The notes beneath the pieces were generated by a model. That model saw only the letters and a program-made list of their open reading frames with translations. It was not told the origin of the DNA and searched no databases. From positions 1 to 30,793 of the IMG/VR virus record IMGVR_UViG_3300044655_000685: 30,793 nt of DNA; one strand, written 5' to 3'. This document shows positions 24,952-30,793 of the stretch, piece after piece (position 1 is the stretch's first letter; every line of letters starts with the position of its first letter). The position numbers and the translations under genes were made by a program. The stretch is from a virus (lineage: Duplodnaviria; Caudoviricetes).

Positions 24952-26508
24952 TTAATTCATTATATCTTTATATAAATCAAGCAGTTTAGTTTGTGACGCA
25001 TTTTTATTTTCCAGCACTCCTAGCACTTTTTTCTCTACGGGTGAGCCTACAAGATGCACCACGCTACATCTATTTACTTGCCCTGCACGATGGATTCGAG
25101 CATTAGCTTGTTTATATGTTTCCAATGAGAGCGTGATACCCCACCAAACAATCGTATTTGCCGCGTGCAAAGTTACCCCATGCGATGCCGCTTGCGGCTG
25201 GATAACAAGGACTTGTGGATTAGGTGAAGTTTGGAACGAATTAAATATCTCAGAGCGTTTGTTTGCATTAACGCCACCATGAATAATCCCAACACTGTAC
25301 CCTACGTCTAAGAGTATTTTCTCTACTATCTCTATAGTGTGCTTGAACTGCACGAACACAATCGTCTTATGCGATGTCTCTTCTACAATGCTCAGTAACT
25401 CTGCCGCACGCGCTTTAACATCAAACTCAATCACTTCCCCAGTATCCGAATACACCGCCCCTGATGAAAGTTGGAGTAGTTTGTTCAGAGCAACTGCCGC
25501 ATTAGCCGCAGTAATCTCTTCTCCTGCCGCTTCCATAAGCATTTCTTTCTTGAGAAGCTTGTAATATTTTTCCTGTTGTGCAGACAGAGGTACATCTTTT
25601 GTTTGATACGTTAGCTCTGGCAGGTCTAAACATTCTTCTTTGGTAAACCGTATTGCAGGTTGCATATAGCTATGCACTATCTGTTCTGCCTCTGGTCGGT
25701 TCTTAAACGTAAACTGCGATGTGCGAATTTGCACCATGTCTCGGAAAGCATTGAATGCTCTAGGTGTATTTTTAGGGTTAGCGATTTTAATTAGTCCATA
25801 CGCATCTACAGGAGATTGAGCGGCAGGTGTGCCTGTTAGCATCCATAGCCATGTGTCTGCAGTGACTAGGCGATTCATTGTTTTCCATCTGCGCGTTGAT
25901 ACGTTTTTTAAATGCGTAGCTTCATCTACTACAATCAAATCAAACCCACCTTCAGCAATCTCTTTCTCTACTATCTCAACACCATCGAAGTTTATGATAA
26001 CGAACTCTGCATTACCTTTAATAATCTGAGCACGCTTCTCTCTACTACCATGTGCAATCTCAACTGAGCGATGCATGGCTGTTTTAAACAAGTCTTTGCG
26101 CCATGCCGCATCCATAATAGATAGTGGGCAAACTACAAGCACACGGCGTATCACTTCCAAGTCCATTAAATAATCTGCCGCCCATATAACAGAATTAGTC
26201 TTACCTGTTCCCATTTCATTTAGGCAAAAAGCTTTGCGGTTGAGCGTTAAAAATTCTGCCGTTACTCGCTGATGGTCAAAAGGTTTATATACTCCTGTCC
26301 ATTTATACTGTGTGCGAATAGGTGAAGGTACGTCTTTGATACCCATATTATTTAAGATATGCATTTCAGCTAACCCAAAGTTTACCCATACATCTGTTGT
26401 ACCATAGTAGATATCTGTAATTTTGCTTTTAGGTATGACGCTTGTAAACGCATCGGGGTTAGTGGTCTTGATAGACAAGACCTTATCTTGTATCACTTCT
26501 AGTTTCAT
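24952..26508 (-). CDS. SNF2-family (SF2) helicase
   Basis: EMGTGKT, VVDEAT, LTGTP and HGVTL...QANARIHRAGQ motifs. Confidence 0.92.
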   Translation of the reverse strand: MKLEVIQDKVLSIKTTNPDAFTSVIPKSKITDIYYGTTDVWVNFGLAEMHILNNMGIKDVPSPIRTQYKWTGVYKPFDHQRVTAEFLTLNRKAFCLNEMGTGKTNSVIWAADYLMDLEVIRRVLVVCPLSIMDAAWRKDLFKTAMHRSVEIAHGSREKRAQIIKGNAEFVIINFDGVEIVEKEIAEGGFDLIVVDEATHLKNVSTRRWKTMNRLVTADTWLWMLTGTPAAQSPVDAYGLIKIANPKNTPRAFNAFRDMVQIRTSQFTFKNRPEAEQIVHSYMQPAIRFTKEECLDLPELTYQTKDVPLSAQQEKYYKLLKKEMLMEAAGEEITAANAAVALNKLLQLSSGAVYSDTGEVIEFDVKARAAELLSIVEETSHKTIVFVQFKHTIEIVEKILLDVGYSVGIIHGGVNANKRSEIFNSFQTSPNPQVLVIQPQAASHGVTLHAANTIVWWGITLSLETYKQANARIHRAGQVNRCSVVHLVGSPVEKKVLGVLENKNASQTKLLDLYKDIMN

Positions 26509-26540
26509 TGTTAGTCCTTACAGCCCCTTAAGGGGGCGAA

Positions 26541-26750
26541 TCATTTATCTTCTAGTACTTCAAATAGTTGGGGTTTGTTTCTATCTTTATTAAAGTACCA
26601 CGCTCTTACTTTATTTAAACACATCTTTCGTTCGCTAACACGAGTTCTAAGAGACATCGTACATAGAGCGTCTATGTGACGCTCCACTAGGCTCTCAGGT
26701 AAACCCGATTCCATTGCAATAATCTGCACTGACTTTACAGATACTTCCAT
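26541..26750 (-). CDS. hypothetical protein
   Basis: 69-aa ORF tightly packed in the - strand operon. Confidence 0.55.
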   Translation of the reverse strand: MEVSVKSVQIIAMESGLPESLVERHIDALCTMSLRTRVSERKMCLNKVRAWYFNKDRNKPQLFEVLEDK

Positions 26751-26751
26751 A

Positions 26752-27048
26752 TTATTTCTTCTTAGGTTTAGCTTTCTTTGGTGGCTCGTTCTTCTTCATA
26801 GTATGGTCACTGTTGCGTTGAAACGAACGATTTACTGCTGGTTCTCTAAGACGTAGGTTGTCTTTACCGTTACCTGCTTTAGTACCTTTAATATGGTCAA
26901 TGTCTTTCCCATCACGGTCAATACCCGCTTTATCAAATGCATATCGAGCACGCTGTCTTGCTAATCTAGCTTCGTGGGCTTTAGGACGTAGCTTTTCTAG
27001 TTCATACTCCCGTTTAACATTTCGATCTTCTTTATTCTTGTAAGGCAT
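26752..27048 (-). CDS. small HNH-type (H-N-N) endonuclease-like protein
   Basis: DGKDIDHIK...GNGKDNLRL....VNRS; basic N- and C-termini; GGAGG RBS. Confidence 0.7.
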   Translation of the reverse strand: MPYKNKEDRNVKREYELEKLRPKAHEARLARQRARYAFDKAGIDRDGKDIDHIKGTKAGNGKDNLRLREPAVNRSFQRNSDHTMKKNEPPKKAKPKKK

Positions 27049-27737
27049 CAGCCCTCCTTGTAGTTACCATTATGAATGCAACGTGTAGCCTGACACCACT
27101 TTTTGCATAGCCCGTTAGGAATAGGATTAAATACTCCCGTCTCGTAGGCTACTGACCGTTGCGTTAATACAGGTGCTAGTTTATCAAAAATACCCAATCT
27201 ATTCTCATATGTATATTCTTCTTTTACCATCTCGTTAGCTACTACGAATAGTAGCATCCCTTTGATATTCTCAACATACGGGAACTCTAGGAACACCGCC
27301 GCCGCTAGTAGTGCTAGTTGCTTAGTGTCTGCATACTTTGCTGACTTGCCTGTTTTATAATCCACAATATACGCTTTCTTAGCATCTGCGTCTACGATGA
27401 CAAGGTCTGCAATGCCACGCCAGTACCTATTAGGTGCTTCATAATCACAGAACTCATACCCAGTACCTACCTTCGCCACCGCGAGTTTATATTCGCAAAG
27501 CTTTCTGCCTTTGATGTTATTGATAGTATCAAGGAACTTCTTAACAAATATAAACCGCTCTGGTAATGCCTCACCTTTACCTATGTAGTTCTCAGCCGCA
27601 AGATGTAAGTCTTTTCCATACAGCGTAGCTGAGGTATCTGCGAAGGGTATGTACTTTAAAACATGGTGTGCTTCGTACTGCTTAGGGCAGGTAATAAACC
27701 TACTCAGTGAACTATAAGTAAAACTAGGTACGCTCAT
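27048..27737 (-). CDS. PD-(D/E)XK exonuclease (RecB/Cas4-like)
   Basis: YSSL..F..CP, G.DLH, RGIADL, IVDYKTGK and QLAL motifs; C-terminal CKKWC....C. Confidence 0.88.
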   Translation of the reverse strand: MSVPSFTYSSLSRFITCPKQYEAHHVLKYIPFADTSATLYGKDLHLAAENYIGKGEALPERFIFVKKFLDTINNIKGRKLCEYKLAVAKVGTGYEFCDYEAPNRYWRGIADLVIVDADAKKAYIVDYKTGKSAKYADTKQLALLAAAVFLEFPYVENIKGMLLFVVANEMVKEEYTYENRLGIFDKLAPVLTQRSVAYETGVFNPIPNGLCKKWCQATRCIHNGNYKEG

Positions 27738-27876
27738 TTTTGCATACCCATCTTATGTAAGCCTTCTGAGGCGTTGAAGCAGTACAGGGTATAGACTTCC
27801 ACTCTGTGTAGCAGACCCACAAACTACCGGTTTTTCTTAGTTTCGGCTTCAAATATATCCGCGCATTCTCTATCAC
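27724..27876 (-). CDS. small hypothetical phage protein (50 aa) missing from the ORF track
   Basis: GTG at 27876 with an AGGAG RBS (alternative TTG at 27852). Reads MIENARIYLKPKLRKTGSLWVCYTEWKSIPCTASTPQKAYIRWVCKNERT and fills the only gap in the operon. Confidence 0.5.
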   Translation of the reverse strand: MIENARIYLKPKLRKTGSLWVCYTEWKSIPCTASTPQKAYIRWVCKNERT

Positions 27877-28042
27877 ACCATCTCCTCTTGTATCCTATAA
27901 AGTCACCGCACGTCCAGCAAAGTCCGGTGGGGTTAGTTGTATCTATTTGTGCAGCTTCTCTGCAAATAACTGCGATAAGTTTATCTCGCATCATCTCCTC
28001 ATGCAGTGACGCGAGGTCTGTGTTTCCATCTTCTGTTGCCAT
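27824..28042 (-). CDS. C4 zinc-finger protein, TraR/DksA-like
   Basis: Acidic N-terminal helix (EDGNTDLASLHEE), then CWTCG...RRWCDREC. Confidence 0.55.
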   Translation of the reverse strand: MATEDGNTDLASLHEEMMRDKLIAVICREAAQIDTTNPTGLCWTCGDFIGYKRRWCDRECADIFEAETKKNR

Positions 28043-28043
28043 G

Positions 28044-28346
28044 TTATTTTTCGTTATGTATAAATACTAATCTAGACAGGTACCATTGCGCTTTCTGCAA
28101 GTCTTCATGTGCTTTACCTTTGTTTCGGTATCGCCACATATACTTAAAGGCGTTGCCTCGCAGATACCCAATAAACTCTTCGGGCGTAAGCATTGCTTCC
28201 ATCGCAACAATACATTCTATTTTACCATTTTTGTAGTGTGGAGGCTCGTTAACCATGTCTTCTTTTTTAGCTTCGTGTACTGAGTCACCCATGTATAATT
28301 GCCCTTGTGTGTATGCATCGTAAATTGTTTTAGGTTTGTCGTTCAT
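28044..28346 (-). CDS. DUF3310 family protein (T7 gp1.7-like nucleotide kinase domain)
   Basis: DMVNEPPHY...IECI.A.....GYLRGNAFKYMWR...KG...EDLQKAQWYL signature. Confidence 0.88.
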   Translation of the reverse strand: MNDKPKTIYDAYTQGQLYMGDSVHEAKKEDMVNEPPHYKNGKIECIVAMEAMLTPEEFIGYLRGNAFKYMWRYRNKGKAHEDLQKAQWYLSRLVFIHNEK

Positions 28347-28558
28347 AATGTTAACTCCCAGCCTGTCGGCTTTATTAAATGTTGTTGTAAAAACTTTCTA
28401 CACATCTTGTTGTCTAGTGAACTAACGTCCCTGCGCTTGCGTCTTTGCAAGCTGTCTTGCACTCCTGCTACCACTGCACATCTCTTACATATTGTACTAT
28501 CTGTTTTAAAGGCTGACCCTTCTTTGATTAAGTTACATACCTCGCATAACCTATTCAT
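28343..28558 (-). CDS. small zinc-ribbon protein
   Basis: Start reassigned to ATG 28558 (MNRLCEVC), which has an AAGGAG RBS; CxxC...CxxC. Confidence 0.6.
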   Translation of the reverse strand: MNRLCEVCNLIKEGSAFKTDSTICKRCAVVAGVQDSLQRRKRRDVSSLDNKMCRKFLQQHLIKPTGWELTL

Positions 28559-29138
28559 GCTCAAGCTCCTTGAAGATATTTGGTGCAATACCATGTAGCT
28601 GGCGGTTAATCTCATGTGCCACTGCGCGTATCTCCCACTGCACTTCTTTACCACTGCGCAGTTTAATAAAGTCATACCACGCTTGGAAGTTACCGACTAC
28701 CAGTAATTCTGTTGTCGTGCCTTGTGGTAGGATAAAACGAGCGTCCTCTTTTTTAAATCCATCAGCAATTAACTTATCGTATAACCATTTAGCATGATTC
28801 TGTATTTCCCATGCGTCAATATGATATATAGAACTCATTATAGAGTCTGGCATTACACTTTCAACTTCACCTTCATTGCAATACCTCTGACTACGTTGCA
28901 GGAAATCCAAATGCTTACTGCGAACAAACTGATGTGAGCAGATACGGCTAATGTCTTCAACTAAGAATGTCGCATGAGCAAAGCGTAGTGTAGATAGATG
29001 ACCTTTTGTTACACAGTGTTCTGCTCGTTTGATGCACTGCTCTGGTGATTGTTCACCTGTCTTACCGTAGCATATTCCTGCAAGTAACCCGATGTGTTCT
29101 TCGGGATTGGGTGTGCTTTGCACTAGGGTTACTTTCAT
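28551..29138 (-). CDS. thyX: flavin-dependent thymidylate synthase
   Basis: GHLSTLRF, ISRICSHQFVRSKH..FLQRSQRY, KEDARFILP and QWEIR motifs. Start reassigned to ATG 29138, which has a GGAGG RBS. Confidence 0.88.
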   Translation of the reverse strand: MKVTLVQSTPNPEEHIGLLAGICYGKTGEQSPEQCIKRAEHCVTKGHLSTLRFAHATFLVEDISRICSHQFVRSKHLDFLQRSQRYCNEGEVESVMPDSIMSSIYHIDAWEIQNHAKWLYDKLIADGFKKEDARFILPQGTTTELLVVGNFQAWYDFIKLRSGKEVQWEIRAVAHEINRQLHGIAPNIFKELEHE

Positions 29139-29443
29139 ATTTTGTCCTCCCACGAGAAGTTGTATCTATCTTTTGCTTTAAATATCAGTAAGCCTCTTTC
29201 ATCAACCTCATCTTTCTCCACCTCATCACACGTAAACTCAGGCATATTACAAAAAGTATAAGGAGATTTCTCATCAGGTACGCTGTCATATAACAAGCGT
29301 AATGCTTCTTGCATATTCCAGAACTTATCCATTACTTCTGTAAACTCTTTAAGAAACTCTTCACTAACCTCAACCTCTTTACCAAACCCATCACCTATAT
29401 CATATATGGGGTAGAGCTCATCCTCACTAACTTTTAGTTTCAT
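29135..29443 (-). CDS. acidic hypothetical protein
   Basis: Start reassigned to ATG 29443 (MKLKV), with a GGAG RBS and ATGA coupling. Confidence 0.6.
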   Translation of the reverse strand: MKLKVSEDELYPIYDIGDGFGKEVEVSEEFLKEFTEVMDKFWNMQEALRLLYDSVPDEKSPYTFCNMPEFTCDEVEKDEVDERGLLIFKAKDRYNFSWEDKI

Positions 29444-29640
29444 TTCTTCTCTCCAGTAAGTTGATAAGGATGACAGGTTAAATTCCATCTACCTGCAAAT
29501 TGCAAATTTTTAAACGCAAAATCCTGTTTAACTGCCGCGCTTTCACACGATGCCTTATCTGCAAAATCGATTGTTGATTGTGTAAGCTCACCGTGAGTTG
29601 TTACAGCGATAATTAAAATATAGGCTGTTGTACTAATCAT
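29440..29640 (-). CDS. small protein with hydrophobic N-terminus and a Cys pair
   Basis: Start ATG 29640 (MISTTAYILIIAV); F.DKASCE.A...LTC pattern. Confidence 0.55.
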   Translation of the reverse strand: MISTTAYILIIAVTTHGELTQSTIDFADKASCESAAVKQDFAFKNLQFAGRWNLTCHPYQLTGEKK

Positions 29641-30076
29641 TACCTGTACTCCCAAAGCCACCTGCACCACGCTCAGTCACTGTGCTGAACTCCTCAACTT
29701 CTACAAACTCTGCTCGAATTACTGGAACAAAAAGCATCTGTGCAATCCTGTCTTGTGGGGATATTTTATACAGCCCGTTACCTGTGTTCTTAATACTAAC
29801 TTTAAGCTCACCTTGATAGTCACTATCAATTAAACCAACCGAGTTACCCAACTTGATACCATAGTTATGTCCAAGTCCACTACGAGGCATGATAAGAGCC
29901 GCCGCTTCTACGTCATGGATATTTATTGCAATACCTGTCGGTATCATCGCAACCTCACCTAAATCTAACTTAATCGGTTTTGTGATGTTAGCTCTTAAGT
30001 CTACTGCCGCACTGCCCAAAGTTTCATAGGCAGGAATAACTACATTCTTTGTTAACTTCTTAATTTCAATTTTCAT
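29633..30076 (-). CDS. dut: trimeric dUTPase
   Basis: All five motifs are present: AAVDL, PRSGLG, GLIDSDYQGE, DRIAQ and RGAGGFGSTG. Confidence 0.96.
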   Translation of the reverse strand: MKIEIKKLTKNVVIPAYETLGSAAVDLRANITKPIKLDLGEVAMIPTGIAINIHDVEAAALIMPRSGLGHNYGIKLGNSVGLIDSDYQGELKVSIKNTGNGLYKISPQDRIAQMLFVPVIRAEFVEVEEFSTVTERGAGGFGSTGND

Positions 30077-30302
30077 TTTCTACTCCTATACCGTGTGCTT
30101 TTTCTATTGCTTTGACAAACTTAAAATAGGGGCTGTTATCAATGTAACCGTACTCGTTTAAAAAGCCGTAGACAGAACCATCATCATCTTTAACATGGTC
30201 AAGAGTGAATCCTGCATTGTATCCAATGTTGAAAATTTCATCATCACTCAAAGGTTCACGTTTTGGTGGGGCTCTTTTTAACAACTCTCTTTCTTTACTC
30301 AT
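30066..30302 (-). CDS. hypothetical phage protein
   Basis: REPLSDDEI...FVKAIEKAHGI pattern common in small phage proteins. Confidence 0.6.
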   Translation of the reverse strand: MSKERELLKRAPPKREPLSDDEIFNIGYNAGFTLDHVKDDDGSVYGFLNEYGYIDNSPYFKFVKAIEKAHGIGVENEN

Positions 30303-30305
30303 AAA

Positions 30306-30791
30306 TCACCCACATTTACTATCGCCACAATTAGTACAAGTCATGCACCCATCCATAAGAATTAATGCTTTGACATTACATTTAGTGCAGAGTTGCATCT
30401 CAACACCTTTAGCTTCTTCTTTCTTAGCTTCTAAGTACGCTTGTTGATGCTCATCCACTTTAACTTTAATAACACCTGTTCCTATTAAATGCTGTTCAAT
30501 TACAGTACCAATTTCTGCAACAAGCGATGGCATATACACACCACCTTTTTTGTAATATCCACCTTTCGGGTCAAAGACATTCTTGAGTTCTTCAACTAAG
30601 AACGTAGAGTCACCACCTTTGCGCCATACCGCAGATACTAAGCGCGTTAATGCAAGCACCCACTGAAAATGATCCATGTTCTTACTGTTAATAAACATCT
30701 CGTATGGATGACGCTCGTCACCGTTAAGCACCATGTCGTTAATCGTAATATACAAAGCGTGCTCAGACTGCGGTGTCTTAATCTTATACGT
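30306..30791 (-). CDS. nrdJ: class II (B12-dependent) ribonucleotide reductase C-terminal part, NrdJb/TSCPD-like, truncated by window edge
   Basis: The frame is open to the window end (TYKIKTPQSEHALYITIND...FINSKNMDHFQW..ALTR..SAV.RKGGD) and ends in a Zn ribbon plus C-terminal CxxCGDSKCG. Confidence 0.85.
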   Translation of the reverse strand, partial: TYKIKTPQSEHALYITINDMVLNGDERHPYEMFINSKNMDHFQWVLALTRLVSAVWRKGGDSTFLVEELKNVFDPKGGYYKKGGVYMPSLVAEIGTVIEQHLIGTGVIKVKVDEHQQAYLEAKKEEAKGVEMQLCTKCNVKALILMDGCMTCTNCGDSKCG

Positions 30792-30793
30792 TG

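Noticed and set aside
24865-29670. Longest-ORF starts at 24909, 28675, 29153, 29488 and 29670
   Set aside because: Downstream ATGs (24864, 28558, 29138, 29443, 29640) have clear SD sequences and avoid long overlaps with upstream genes or the promoter.
21138-30447. Numerous + strand ORFs opposite the replication genes (and - strand ORFs opposite the structural genes)
   Set aside because: They are antisense shadows of well-supported genes, with no RBS or recognisable motifs.
1-30793. tRNA, rRNA or structured ncRNA genes; alternative genetic code
   Set aside because: Intergenic gaps are all short and explained by promoters or terminators. The standard code gives full-length, tightly packed genes using all three stop codons.

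Overview
The window is a gene-dense segment of a tailed dsDNA phage genome with podovirus-like organisation (P22/N4-type tail and ejection module), probably infecting a proteobacterium. It has two convergent arms that meet at a bidirectional hairpin terminator (~20496-20522). The + arm (1-20495) carries the end of a GT9-like glycosyltransferase, a 7-bladed RCC1-repeat protein, a fibre-chaperone-like protein, a short APS kinase (CysC-like), two paralogous GFPI membrane proteins and a GH24 endolysin. These are followed by a tail hub protein, a C1q-like tail protein, a cupin, a GNAT-like protein and five internal/ejection proteins, ending in a 2232-aa polyvalent protein (zincin-like, HD/GEE metal-motif domain, ART-like, LPD38-like). 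The - arm encodes replication and nucleotide functions: primase-helicase, SSB-like, HTH, SNF2 helicase, HNH, PD-(D/E)XK nuclease, TraR-like, DUF3310, ThyX, dUTPase and an NrdJb-like C-terminus. The most striking unexplained signal is a 65-codon ORF overprinted in the +1 frame inside the giant protein gene. It has its own AAGGAG RBS and an extended -10 element and lies directly at the start of the metal-motif effector domain, making it a candidate nested antitoxin/immunity gene. A second signal is a short [FYM]-A-x-G-G / G-I-x-x-L motif shared by several ejection proteins. All family assignments come from recognising motifs by eye; no database searches were run.
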